From: a bacterium
Lineage (GTDB): Bacteria > Patescibacteriota > Minisyncoccia > Phycocordibacterales > UBA2100
Length of the DNA: 64,000 nt
Reading direction: 5' to 3'
Assembly: GCA_021781955.1 (NCBI GenBank)
Contig: JAJXVV010000001.1
Location: forward strand, 95,519-159,518
Part shown: in pieces, positions 1-9,346 of the stretch
How positions within the stretch are numbered: position 1 is the stretch's first letter
Layout of the letters: each line of letters begins with the position of its first letter
Notes under the pieces: model-generated
Seen by the model: only the letters and a program-made list of their open reading frames with translations
Databases searched by the model: none
Told to the model about the DNA's origin: nothing
Made by a program: the position numbers and the translations under genes

Positions 1-797
1 CGCAGGTCATCGGCAGCGCAGGCGGTCTCGCCGGGCTCGGGCAATCGAACGGCGGGCCCTCGTACCTCGCCGCCATCGCGCAGCAATCATCGTCCGGTCT
101 CAGCAACGTCGTCGCGAATGCCGTGCTGCAAAACCTCAATGGCTTGCTGCAGAGCGAGAACCAGTTCCTGAACTCGATCAGCAGCATCGCCTCCTCGCTC
201 CAGCAGAGCGAAGGGTCGCTGCGCAGCGCCGAGAGCCAATGCTGGACCCAGATAATCGCGCAGGCGTGCTCGAGCCAGCTCTCGGCCAATAACACCTGCA
301 CCGCCTCGAGCAGCGTCACGCTCAAGGTCGCCACTTCGACCGCGTTCTCCGATGCGGTCATCAACTCGCAGATAGCCCCGGCCGCAGCGGCCGCAACGAC
401 CTCGATGGCGCAATCGCAGGCGGGACTGCAGTACATAAACGACCTCGCTCAAGCCATGGCCTCCGGCAATATGAGCTCGCAGAACATTGCCTCGGCGCTG
501 GCCGATCAGCTTGTCGCCTCCTCTTCTGAAGCGCAATATGCCCAGACGGGCGTCCCGGTCGCGGGCGGGGGTATCGTACACTCCCAAAACCAGGTGAGGA
601 CGGCGCAATCCCAGCAGAGCGCGGTATCCGATCAGATGCAGACGCTCCTATCGAACACCGCCAACACGTGGGGCGGTCTCGGTACCGACGGCTCGAGCAA
701 CATCCCGTGGGACGGCACGACGAACCCCGGCAACGGCTGGTGCAACACGAGCAACCCCGCGACCATCACCGCATGGCAGCAGAAGTGGAAACAATAG
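1..797 (+). CDS. Secreted Ser/Ala/Gln-rich protein, 5'-partial; reading frame open from window start; first gene of the T4SS-like operon
   Basis: Frame 3 open from nt 3 to stop TAG 795-797; low-complexity S/A/Q/N-rich sequence with Cys pairs; stop 2 nt before next ATG (800), so translationally coupled. Confidence 0.5.
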   Translation, partial: QVIGSAGGLAGLGQSNGGPSYLAAIAQQSSSGLSNVVANAVLQNLNGLLQSENQFLNSISSIASSLQQSEGSLRSAESQCWTQIIAQACSSQLSANNTCTASSSVTLKVATSTAFSDAVINSQIAPAAAAATTSMAQSQAGLQYINDLAQAMASGNMSSQNIASALADQLVASSSEAQYAQTGVPVAGGGIVHSQNQVRTAQSQQSAVSDQMQTLLSNTANTWGGLGTDGSSNIPWDGTTNPGNGWCNTSNPATITAWQQKWKQ

Positions 798-799
798 TT

Positions 800-3328
800 A
801 TGAGTTATTTTTCATTAAAAAAGGGGCTGTTGATGCTCGTGTTTGTCTTGAGTGCGGCCGCAATGCTACCGACATTCGCTTCGGCGGACACGCTTACGAC
901 TACCGACCTGCAGAAATTCTGCATTCTCGGACAAGACGTAAATGGTTGTAATTATATTATGTTCAACGATCAGGGTCAGCAGTGTTTTATGCCGGGCGAT
1001 AACACTCCTGGCCCTTCCGCAACGAACGTTGCGGACGCAAACACTTTGTATGCTCAAGGCTGTACTCATACCTTGAAGGGAGAAGTAGCAAAACGACAGC
1101 TGTCTTCATGCTACGACGGCTCAATTCTCTTGAGCGGCTGGGAATGTATTTGGTACGACATTGTCGCCAGCGTAGCCGCGCTCTTTATCTCTATTGCAGC
1201 ATGGTTGCTTGCGCTCGCCGGCTTCCTCTTCAACTGGCTCATGGACAACACCGTGATCTTGTTCGCCACTTCGATATATGGCAAAGCGGGGCCGGCGGTA
1301 GAATCCGCCTGGGCCGCATTCCGCGACATCGCCAACATCCTCATCATTGGCATCTTCACTTTCATCGCGATATCCATCATTCTCGGCCTAGAAGAATTCG
1401 GACAGAAAAAGCTCATCGCCCGCGTGCTTATCGTCGCGGTACTCATCAACTTCAGCCTCCTGTTCTCCAAAATGGCAATCGATGCGTCCAATTACCTTTC
1501 ATTGCAAATCTATTCCGCGAGCACGGGGCGTAGCGCCAATGATGCGCTCAACGACGTGAACGGCAACAACACCGTCGGCCAGAGCGGCGTCAATCCGTTC
1601 AACGGGTATGCCGATTCCGGCATCGCGGGCGCGTTCGTCGGGATTATGGGCGTGACCGGTATCACCGATGCGACACGAGCGCTTGTTATTCTCGCGGAAG
1701 AGCGAAACGGCGTCGGTGTGATGTTCGTGCACGGCCTACTCACCGCAGTGCTCTTCCTCGGTGCGGCTCTCGTGCTTTTGTACGGTTCGTTCTTGCTCAT
1801 CTCGCGCGCGATCATCCTCATTTTCTTGCTCGCCACCTCCTCAGTAGCGTTCGCCTCATACCTTATTCCCAAATGGGGGCACAGCAAGTTGGGCTGGGAC
1901 ACATGGACCCGATCGTTCATTTGGGCCGCGACGCTCGGCCCCATCCTTCTCCTGTTGCTCTGGATGACGCTCGACGTCGCCTACGCCATGCGCAGCAAAG
2001 TAGGTACCTTGGGCGACCTCACCACGAATCCCACGAACGGTGCCGACATGAGCGCGCTCTTCGTGTACCTCATTACGCTTGGTCTTCTGTTCATATCGTT
2101 CCGTGTCGCGAGCATGGCGGCAAACAAGGTCAGCGGATTCGACTTCGCCGCGATGGCGACGGTATTGCCGCTCACGCTCGGCTCCCGCATGGCCGGCTTC
2201 GCACTGCGCCAAACCGCTGGCTGGGCCGGGTACGGGTACCAAAAGAGTCAGACCGCTCAGGCGCAATCTGACCGTGACAGAGCGATGCGTGCCAGGATGC
2301 AAGAACAAGCTGCCCTTAATCGAGGCGATGCGCGGTACGCCAAGAAATTTGGTGACCTCGCTGCTGGATACGAGAAACGCGCAGCGGGCCGCCTGAAGAA
2401 CGCCGCCCGTGGTGGCGCTATCGCGAGCAGCAAGTTCAACCTCATGAATACCGGGGCCGCACAACAAGCAATGAAGGCGGCGGGCGTCTCCGGGTTTGCG
2501 ACAGGGGCGAGCTCAAAGGGAGCGAAGAGCTATGCTGACCGCGTCAAAGCTGATGCTGACGCGATCGAAAAGCAAACTCGCGCTGCGGCCGCCGGGGTTA
2601 ATGAAGGTGATATTCGTAAACAAACAGAGAGCAAAGTGCGCGAAGAGCGTGAACGTGCCCGGAAAGAGGCGGACGCGCGACGGGATGATGCGAAGAATCA
2701 GGTCGACGCTATCCGCAATGCGGCGGAACAAGAAAAAGAAGGCCTGAAAGACGGCATCCAGAAATTGAGTGAAGACCTCAAGGCAGCGCAGTCCGCGCCG
2801 AACGCGGCTGAGGCAAGACGCGCGAACGAACTAAGAGACGCGGCAGATCGCAACGCAGGGGCCAATGAGATCATGCGAATAAAAGCTCGGCACGAAAGTG
2901 AGATGTACCAAGAGAAAGCGAAGATCGAGCAGGTAAAGAAGAACATCGAAGAAGAACAGCGACGCATCCAACCCGATCTGGCCGCCATAGACGCCAAGTA
3001 TGCCTCTAGTTTGAAGAAGGCGACGGATGCGCTCGACGATCTCGACAGCCAAGTCAAAAGATTCAGTAAAGATTCGGCCGAATCGAAAGAACTCATAAAG
3101 CAGGCCGGTGACGCATCGATCAACGCGGCTCGGCAGACCGTCCAGAATATCGCCTCAGGCGTAAGGCATGGTGTTTTGCGAAATCCGATGGAAAGGGAGC
3201 TCGTCGCGAAGGAAGTTCGAGGTCGGTATAAGTCGAGTGCCGAAAAATCGAGCGTTCTGAAGACAATCGAAGAGGCGACTAAGGCCACAGAAAAGCCTGC
3301 CGCTCCGGCAGCTGAACAGGGAAAATAG
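800..3328 (+). CDS. VirB6/TrbL-like polytopic membrane protein with long C-terminal charged coiled-coil extension
   Basis: N-terminal signal peptide MSYFSLKKGLLMLVFVLSAAAMLPTFASA; Cys-rich periplasmic segment; at least 6 predicted TM helices (residues ~110-520); C-terminal ~330 aa rich in A/E/K/R/Q heptad-like repeats; position directly upstream of PrgI-like and VirB4 genes. Confidence 0.55.
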   Translation: MSYFSLKKGLLMLVFVLSAAAMLPTFASADTLTTTDLQKFCILGQDVNGCNYIMFNDQGQQCFMPGDNTPGPSATNVADANTLYAQGCTHTLKGEVAKRQLSSCYDGSILLSGWECIWYDIVASVAALFISIAAWLLALAGFLFNWLMDNTVILFATSIYGKAGPAVESAWAAFRDIANILIIGIFTFIAISIILGLEEFGQKKLIARVLIVAVLINFSLLFSKMAIDASNYLSLQIYSASTGRSANDALNDVNGNNTVGQSGVNPFNGYADSGIAGAFVGIMGVTGITDATRALVILAEERNGVGVMFVHGLLTAVLFLGAALVLLYGSFLLISRAIILIFLLATSSVAFASYLIPKWGHSKLGWDTWTRSFIWAATLGPILLLLLWMTLDVAYAMRSKVGTLGDLTTNPTNGADMSALFVYLITLGLLFISFRVASMAANKVSGFDFAAMATVLPLTLGSRMAGFALRQTAGWAGYGYQKSQTAQAQSDRDRAMRARMQEQAALNRGDARYAKKFGDLAAGYEKRAAGRLKNAARGGAIASSKFNLMNTGAAQQAMKAAGVSGFATGASSKGAKSYADRVKADADAIEKQTRAAAAGVNEGDIRKQTESKVREERERARKEADARRDDAKNQVDAIRNAAEQEKEGLKDGIQKLSEDLKAAQSAPNAAEARRANELRDAADRNAGANEIMRIKARHESEMYQEKAKIEQVKKNIEEEQRRIQPDLAAIDAKYASSLKKATDALDDLDSQVKRFSKDSAESKELIKQAGDASINAARQTVQNIASGVRHGVLRNPMERELVAKEVRGRYKSSAEKSSVLKTIEEATKATEKPAAPAAEQGK

Positions 3329-3329
3329 T

Positions 3330-3878
3330 ATGGGACCGCAAGAACAGAGCGTTGACCAGCAATTAGCGGAGCAGTTCAAGGGGCTGCCGCCGGTGGTGCA
3401 GAACGCCATCACATCCGCCGACGTGCAGAAACACCTGCGCGACCTCGCGAATACCCACAAGCTCCACCTCGATCAATGGCAATTGCTCGAGAACGAGGTC
3501 ATGCTGACCTTGCTCGGCATCCAACCCATCGAGAACCTCGAACAAAACATCAAGAACGAGGTCGGCGTGCCTGCGGAAGACGCCAAGGCGCTTGCCGAGG
3601 ACATCTCCACAATAGTCTTCGAGCCGATCCGCGAAGAACTCGAGCGCGCGCTCAACAATCCCGACGCGAAGGCTGCGGCGGAAAGCGATGTCGAGGCCGC
3701 GCGGACGCAGGCGCTCGCCGCAGAACGCGCGGCGGCGGTCGCGCCGGCGACGCCGCCGCCTCCGCCGCCCGAGCAGAAAGCCGAACGCGCGCAGATCTCG
3801 CAGGCATACGCGTCGGGGGAGAGCTCGACCGCGCGCAAGAACATCCACGACGACCCCTATCGCGAGACGCCGCAGTGA
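3330..3878 (+). CDS. Hypothetical soluble protein with Pro/Ala-rich C-terminus (T4SS operon member)
   Basis: ORF starts 1 nt after upstream stop; no TM segments; PPPPPP tract; no recognisable family. Confidence 0.45.
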   Translation: MGPQEQSVDQQLAEQFKGLPPVVQNAITSADVQKHLRDLANTHKLHLDQWQLLENEVMLTLLGIQPIENLEQNIKNEVGVPAEDAKALAEDISTIVFEPIREELERALNNPDAKAAAESDVEAARTQALAAERAAAVAPATPPPPPPEQKAERAQISQAYASGESSTARKNIHDDPYRETPQ

Positions 3879-3901
3879 GTGGACGCTGATATAATAGGCG
3901 C

Positions 3902-4402
3902 ATGCAGTTCCAGGTGCCGCAGTTCATTGAGGTCGAGGACAAAATCTTCGGCCCGCTCACGTTCAAGCAGTTTATCTACATCGGCGGCGGCTTGGGCGCG
4001 AGCTATTTGCTCTGGCGCCTATTGCCCGTCTATCTCGCAAGCCCCTTGATTGCGATCATCGTCGGATTCGCGGCAGGGCTCGCGTTCTTCCAGTTCAACG
4101 GCCGTCCGCTCATTATCGCGGTCGAGCACGCTTTTTTCTTCTTCATGCACGGCAAGCTCTACCTCTGGGACAACACGCGCAAGGTGAAACGGCTTCCGGA
4201 AATGATCAAAGCTTCGCCGCTCGCCTCGAGCGTATACGTGCCGCACCTCTCGGAGAGCCGCCTCCACGAGCTCGCGTGGAGCCTCGACATCAAGGAACGT
4301 ATCGCGGCCGGGGTCGCCGGCGAGGACGAGAAGCGGCTAGCGCGCACGCAAGATCGCCTCGTCGAGCCGATGCGCACCGCGCGCGAAGCGCTCGGGCACT
4401 GA
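3902..4402 (+). CDS. PrgI/VirB3-like small two-TM membrane protein
   Basis: N-terminus MQFQVPQFIEVEDKIFGPLTFKQFIYIGGG followed by two hydrophobic helices; this motif and its position immediately 5' of VirB4 are typical of Gram-positive-type T4SS PrgI/VirB3-like proteins (from memory of the family, not searched). Confidence 0.5.
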   Translation: MQFQVPQFIEVEDKIFGPLTFKQFIYIGGGLGASYLLWRLLPVYLASPLIAIIVGFAAGLAFFQFNGRPLIIAVEHAFFFFMHGKLYLWDNTRKVKRLPEMIKASPLASSVYVPHLSESRLHELAWSLDIKERIAAGVAGEDEKRLARTQDRLVEPMRTAREALGH

Positions 4403-4412
4403 TCAAGAACGT

Positions 4413-5075
4413 ATGCCCCCTGCCCAAAACACCGCGCGCGCCTCGAGTCGTTCCACCCAAGACTTTTTGCCGGTCTCGGAAGTGCGCGACGGCATCGTGG
4501 TGCTCAAAGACGGCGGCCTGCGGGCGATACTGCTCGCCTCATCGCTCAACTTCGCCCTCAAAAGCGAGGATGAGCAGACCGCGTTCATCGTACAGTTCCA
4601 GAACTTCCTCAATTCGCTCGACTTCTCCTGCCAGATATTCGTGCAGTCTCGCATGCTCGACATACGCCCCTATGTTGCCACGCTCGAGGTCGCGTACAAG
4701 AACCAGCTCGATGACCTCATGCGCACCCAAATACGCGAATATATCGAGTTCGTGAAAAGCTTCACGGAAGCTGCCAATATCATGACCAAGAATTTCTTCG
4801 TGGTCGTTCCATACTCGCCGGCTCTCGCTTCCGCGCAAAAAGGGCCGCTCTCGCTCTTGCCGTTCGGCGGTAAACCGCAGAATCCCGAGGACGCGAACCG
4901 CACGTTCGAAGAACAGACTTCCCAGCTCGAGCAGCGCATCTCTATCGTGCAGCAAGGCCTGGTGCGCACCGGCGTGCGCACCGTGCAGCTCGGTACTGAA
5001 GAGGCGATCGAACTGCTCTACAAAATGTTCAATCCCGGCGAGGAGGGGAAACCGATGCCGCTCGATAGTCAGTAG
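4413..5075 (+). CDS. VirB4/TrbE N-terminal domain encoded as a separate ORF
   Basis: N-terminus FLPVSEVRDGIVVLKDGGLRAILLASSLNFALKSEDEQTAFIVQFQNFLNSL resembles the conserved start of Gram-positive VirB4/TraE-family ATPases; 220 aa + 634 aa downstream ORF equals normal VirB4 length; different reading frame from the downstream ORF. Confidence 0.5.
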   Translation: MPPAQNTARASSRSTQDFLPVSEVRDGIVVLKDGGLRAILLASSLNFALKSEDEQTAFIVQFQNFLNSLDFSCQIFVQSRMLDIRPYVATLEVAYKNQLDDLMRTQIREYIEFVKSFTEAANIMTKNFFVVVPYSPALASAQKGPLSLLPFGGKPQNPEDANRTFEEQTSQLEQRISIVQQGLVRTGVRTVQLGTEEAIELLYKMFNPGEEGKPMPLDSQ

Positions 5076-5157
5076 GCGGGGACATCTCGCACCTGCCGCG
5101 CGGAAAAACACGATACAATGTGAGGACGTACCGGACACTGCGTACGGCACTTTACGT

Positions 5158-7062
5158 ATGGCGCTCAGCGATTTCCTTCCGTTCGGCAAGAAAACAGACG
5201 CGAACCCGCCGATGCTGCCCGTGCTGCCCGAAGAGATATACAAGTCGGGCGTGCTCGATCTGCAAGACGTCATCGCGCCGCACGCGCTGAAAGTCAACCC
5301 GCGCGAGCTCGACTTGGGCGAGCGTATCGCCCGCACCTTTTTCGTCATTTCCTACCCGCGATTCCTCACCACCGGATGGTTCGCGCCCATCATCAACATG
5401 GACAAGATCATCGACATATCTATTTTCGTCCACCCGATGGATACCAACGAGATGCTCCGCAAGTTCCAGAAGAAGGTCGCCGAGGTGCAGAGCCAGATCT
5501 CGCAGCGCGAGCAGAAGGGGATGGTGCGCGATCCGATGCTCGACACCGCCTACCAAGATCTCGAACAGCTGCGCGACAACCTCCAGCAAGCGCAGGAACG
5601 CATGTTCGACGTGGGACTCTACCTCACGATCTACGGCAACACGCGGGAGGAAATCGACAAAGTAGAGACCGAGGTGCGTTCCATTCTCGAATCCCGCCTC
5701 GTTTACATCCGCCCCGCGCTCTTCCAGCAAGAGCAGGGCTTCCGCTCGGTCTTGCCGCTCGGGAACGATGAGCTCGATGTGCACACGAAACTCAATTCCG
5801 CGCCGCTCTCCTCCATTTTCCCGTTCATATCCTTCGACCTCACCTCTGATCGCGGCATCCTCTACGGCATCAACCGCCACAATTCCTCGCTCATCCTCTT
5901 CGATCGATTCTCGCTTGAGAACTACAACTCTGTGACCTTCGCTAAGTCAGGCGCCGGCAAAAGCTACACGACGAAACTCGAGATCCTTCGCTCACTCATG
6001 TTCGACACCGAGGTCATCGTCATAGACCCCGAACGCGAATACGAATACTTGGCGGAGATGGTCGGCGGCCGCTACTTCAACATCTCGCTTTCTTCGGAGC
6101 ACCATATCAACCCCTTCGACCTTCCCATTCCGCGCGAGGACGAGAGCCCCTCGGACGTGCTTCGCAACAACATCATCACGCTTGTCGGACTCTTCCGCAT
6201 CATGCTCGGAGGCCTCACACCCGAAGAAGACGCCATCATCGACAAGGCCATCACGGAAACATACGCGCTCAAGGACATCACCGCCGACGTCAACTTCGCT
6301 GCGGTCGAGCCCCCGCTCCTTTCCGACTTCGAGCTCGTGCTCTCTGGCATGGAGGGGAGCGAATCGCTCGTGCAGCGACTCTCGAAGTACACCAAGGGCA
6401 CGTGGTCGGGCTTCATGAACCGGCCGACGAATGTGGACATGAACAAGAAGCTCGTCGTTTTCTCGGTGCGCGATATGGAAGACGACCTCAAGCCGGTCGC
6501 CATGTACATCATCACGCACCACATCTGGAACGCGGTGCGCAAAGAGCTGCGCAAGCGACTCCTCGTCATCGACGAGGCGTGGTGGATGATGCGTTCCGAG
6601 GACACAGCATCGTTCCTCTTCGGAATCGCGAAACGCGGCCGCAAGTACTACCTCGGGATATCGACGATAACGCAGGACGTGTCCGACTTCCTCAATTCAC
6701 CGTACGGCGTGCCGATGATCACCAACTCATCGATCCAGATGCTCTTGCGCCAGTCGCCGACCTCGGTCGACCTCGTGCAATCCACCTTCAAGCTCTCCGA
6801 CGAAGAGAAGTACCTGCTCCTTGAGAGCGATGTGGGGGAGGGGATCTTCTTCGCGGGACTAAAGCATGTCGCCATCAAGGTCATCGCTTCGTACACCGAG
6901 GATCAGATCATCACGTCCGATCCGTCCCAGATCCTCGCCATCAAAAAAGCGAAGCAGGAACTGGCGAATGCCGAGCCGGAAAGCGTTCCAACGGCTGCTG
7001 CGCACTCCGCTCCGGGGGAGGACACCCAGCCGATCGGCGCTTCACCTTTTGCCTCTGTATGA
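5158..7062 (+). CDS. virB4: VirB4/TrbE/CagE-family T4SS ATPase (C-terminal ATPase part)
   Basis: Walker A FAKSGAGKSYTTK, Walker B LLVIDEAWWMM, downstream GISTITQDVSDF motif typical of VirB4/TraC/TrsE ATPases. Confidence 0.8.
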   Translation: MALSDFLPFGKKTDANPPMLPVLPEEIYKSGVLDLQDVIAPHALKVNPRELDLGERIARTFFVISYPRFLTTGWFAPIINMDKIIDISIFVHPMDTNEMLRKFQKKVAEVQSQISQREQKGMVRDPMLDTAYQDLEQLRDNLQQAQERMFDVGLYLTIYGNTREEIDKVETEVRSILESRLVYIRPALFQQEQGFRSVLPLGNDELDVHTKLNSAPLSSIFPFISFDLTSDRGILYGINRHNSSLILFDRFSLENYNSVTFAKSGAGKSYTTKLEILRSLMFDTEVIVIDPEREYEYLAEMVGGRYFNISLSSEHHINPFDLPIPREDESPSDVLRNNIITLVGLFRIMLGGLTPEEDAIIDKAITETYALKDITADVNFAAVEPPLLSDFELVLSGMEGSESLVQRLSKYTKGTWSGFMNRPTNVDMNKKLVVFSVRDMEDDLKPVAMYIITHHIWNAVRKELRKRLLVIDEAWWMMRSEDTASFLFGIAKRGRKYYLGISTITQDVSDFLNSPYGVPMITNSSIQMLLRQSPTSVDLVQSTFKLSDEEKYLLLESDVGEGIFFAGLKHVAIKVIASYTEDQIITSDPSQILAIKKAKQELANAEPESVPTAAAHSAPGEDTQPIGASPFASV

Positions 7063-8120
7063 GATACCCGTTCACGTTCGCCTTGCTCACGCTTTTCCTT
7101 TCTGCCGCGCCGACGCTCGCGAGCGCGCAACTCCTCACGGCGAGCGGGTTCGGCACGAATCTCTCCATCGCGCTTTCACCGCAGAGCCCGCGCCCAGGAC
7201 AGCAGGTGCTCCTCACCGCGCAAGGCGTCGGCATCGACCTCCAGGGCAGTTCCATCGTCTGGCACGCGGGCGGAAACATCATCGCGCAGGGAGTCGGCGC
7301 GAACACCGCAACCCTGACGGCGGGCGCGCTTGGAAGCGTGGTTCCGATCGAGGTCGACGTCGCGACGCAAGGCGGCGGCACCTACTCCGCGCAGGCGACC
7401 ATCGCACCGACAACGCTCGACCTCCTGGTGAGCTCGGACTCATACGTGCCGCCCTTCTTCCGTGGCCGCGCATTTCCGAGCGCGGGCACCGATCTCCTCG
7501 TTCAGGCCGTCCCTACGTTCGTGCGCGCTGATGGCAGCACCATCCCGGTATCATCGATCACGTTCACCTGGAAAAAGGACGGCCAAGTGCTCGGCGCGCT
7601 CTCGGGAGCCGGGCGATCGCTGGCGGTCATACCGATCGAACACGTGTACGGCAACAATACCGTGACCGTGACCGCGGTCTCATCGGACGGTTCGCTTTCG
7701 GGCGAAGCGACGGTGTCGCTCCCGACCACAAACCCGGTACTCGACCTCTACGAGGATCATCCGCTGTACGGCATCCTGTTCAATAACGCGCTCTCGCCCC
7801 TCTCGACCATCGGCGAGAACGAAGTGACGTTCGCTGCCATACCGTACTTCATGCAGGCACAGAGCACTGCGGACCGGCAGCTCGCCTACCGCTGGAGCGT
7901 CAACGGCAACACCGTTGACGTGAGCCCTTCGGATCCGAACGAGATAACCGTGAACGCGAACAATTCCAGCGGACAAGCGGCCATCGCGCTCGACCTCACG
8001 CATTCTGGAAACTTCTACCTCGAACCGAGCGGCACCTGGAACATCACCCTCTCAGCGAACGGCTCCGGCAGCGGCTCCGGGGGCGGCAGCACGACCAGCC
8101 CATTCGCCAGTCCGCACTGA
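7059..8120 (+). CDS. Secreted beta-rich protein with repeated domains (T4SS operon member)
   Basis: ATGA overlap with the virB4 stop; signal peptide MRYPFTFALLTLFLSAAPTLASA; repeated ~90 aa T/S/V-rich beta-type segments; GSGSGSGGGS tail. Confidence 0.5.
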   Translation: MRYPFTFALLTLFLSAAPTLASAQLLTASGFGTNLSIALSPQSPRPGQQVLLTAQGVGIDLQGSSIVWHAGGNIIAQGVGANTATLTAGALGSVVPIEVDVATQGGGTYSAQATIAPTTLDLLVSSDSYVPPFFRGRAFPSAGTDLLVQAVPTFVRADGSTIPVSSITFTWKKDGQVLGALSGAGRSLAVIPIEHVYGNNTVTVTAVSSDGSLSGEATVSLPTTNPVLDLYEDHPLYGILFNNALSPLSTIGENEVTFAAIPYFMQAQSTADRQLAYRWSVNGNTVDVSPSDPNEITVNANNSSGQAAIALDLTHSGNFYLEPSGTWNITLSANGSGSGSGGGSTTSPFASPH

Positions 8121-8125
8121 ACACG

Positions 8126-9340
8126 ATGCGTATGAACGTGCAAAAATTCGTCCAGTACCTCCTGATCGCGATCCTTGTGATCGTCCTCGGCGCGCTCGCC
8201 GGTTGGTACCTGTTCTTGCACGCGCAGAGCATCAAGAACCAAGCGCTGAGCACCGATCTCGGGCTTGGCGCACCAGCCCCCTTTGGAACGACGCAGGGCA
8301 CGAGCGGCGGATTCAGCACCATGAGCGCGAGCACAAGCACGGGAACGGGCGGGAGCGCACAGCCGCCGCAATTATGGCACGTGACGACCGCGCCGATCGC
8401 TGGTTTTGCGTTCGCCTCATCAACCGACGGCATGGTCGTGCGCTATGTCGAGCGGGCCACCGGCTACGTGTTCGAGGCGAACCTCACGACCGGCACCATC
8501 GTCCGCCTCACCAATACGCTCTCTCCAAAAATATATGAGGCGCAGTTCGCCCCTCCCGACCGGGTCGCGGAACGCTCCATCGACAATGGGGGGAACATAA
8601 CGACGTTCGCGGGGCTCTACGGCGTCGGGACATCGTCGGCGCTCACCGGCACCTCGTTCGCCGCCAACATCGAAGCGCTCGCGGCCGACCCATCATCGAA
8701 CAACGTCTTCTCGCTCATCGACAAGGGAAGCGGGGTCGTCGGCGTCATTTCCGGGTGGGACGGATCGAAGCCGAAGCAAGTGTTCAGCTCCGGCGTACCT
8801 GGCTGGCGCGCATGGTGGCTCCCCGACGGACGTATCGTACTCGAGCAAAACGCGGCCGATTCCGTGCTCGGCTACAGCTACGTGCTCAGGAACGGGGCGC
8901 AAACACCGCTCATCGATCCGCTTCCCGGACTCACCGCGATCCCTCAATCCGGCTCGGCCGCGCTTCTCTACAGCACCTCGCAGAACGGCGCGCTCTCGCT
9001 CTATGTTCGGCCTGCGGGGAGCAGCACGCCGCTCCAACTCCCGCTCGCGACGCTCGCCGATAAGTGCGCGTGGGCGCCGAACAGCCCGACCGTCTACTGC
9101 GGCGCACCGCAGACGACGCCTGGAGCGGACTTCCTCGACGCATGGTACCGTGGCGAGGCGCACAGCGCCGATGCCATGTGGAGTATCGACACATCCTCCG
9201 GAAAAGCCGCCCAAATATTCGCACCGAGCTCAAGCGCGGCGCTCGACGTCGACGAACCGTCGGTCGACGGCAGCGGTTCGTACTTCGGCTTCATCAACGC
9301 ATCCGACCTTTCGCTCTGGGTCCTGCGGCTCGGCCGATAA
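8126..9340 (+). CDS. N-terminally membrane-anchored periplasmic/extracellular protein, possibly beta-propeller-like (T4SS operon member)
   Basis: Single N-terminal TM segment (QYLLIAILVIVLGALAGWYLFL); G/T/S-rich linker; ~330 aa with TolB/WD-like repetitive character; 5 nt after upstream stop. Confidence 0.5.
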   Translation: MRMNVQKFVQYLLIAILVIVLGALAGWYLFLHAQSIKNQALSTDLGLGAPAPFGTTQGTSGGFSTMSASTSTGTGGSAQPPQLWHVTTAPIAGFAFASSTDGMVVRYVERATGYVFEANLTTGTIVRLTNTLSPKIYEAQFAPPDRVAERSIDNGGNITTFAGLYGVGTSSALTGTSFAANIEALAADPSSNNVFSLIDKGSGVVGVISGWDGSKPKQVFSSGVPGWRAWWLPDGRIVLEQNAADSVLGYSYVLRNGAQTPLIDPLPGLTAIPQSGSAALLYSTSQNGALSLYVRPAGSSTPLQLPLATLADKCAWAPNSPTVYCGAPQTTPGADFLDAWYRGEAHSADAMWSIDTSSGKAAQIFAPSSSAALDVDEPSVDGSGSYFGFINASDLSLWVLRLGR

Positions 9341-9346
9341 CATCGT

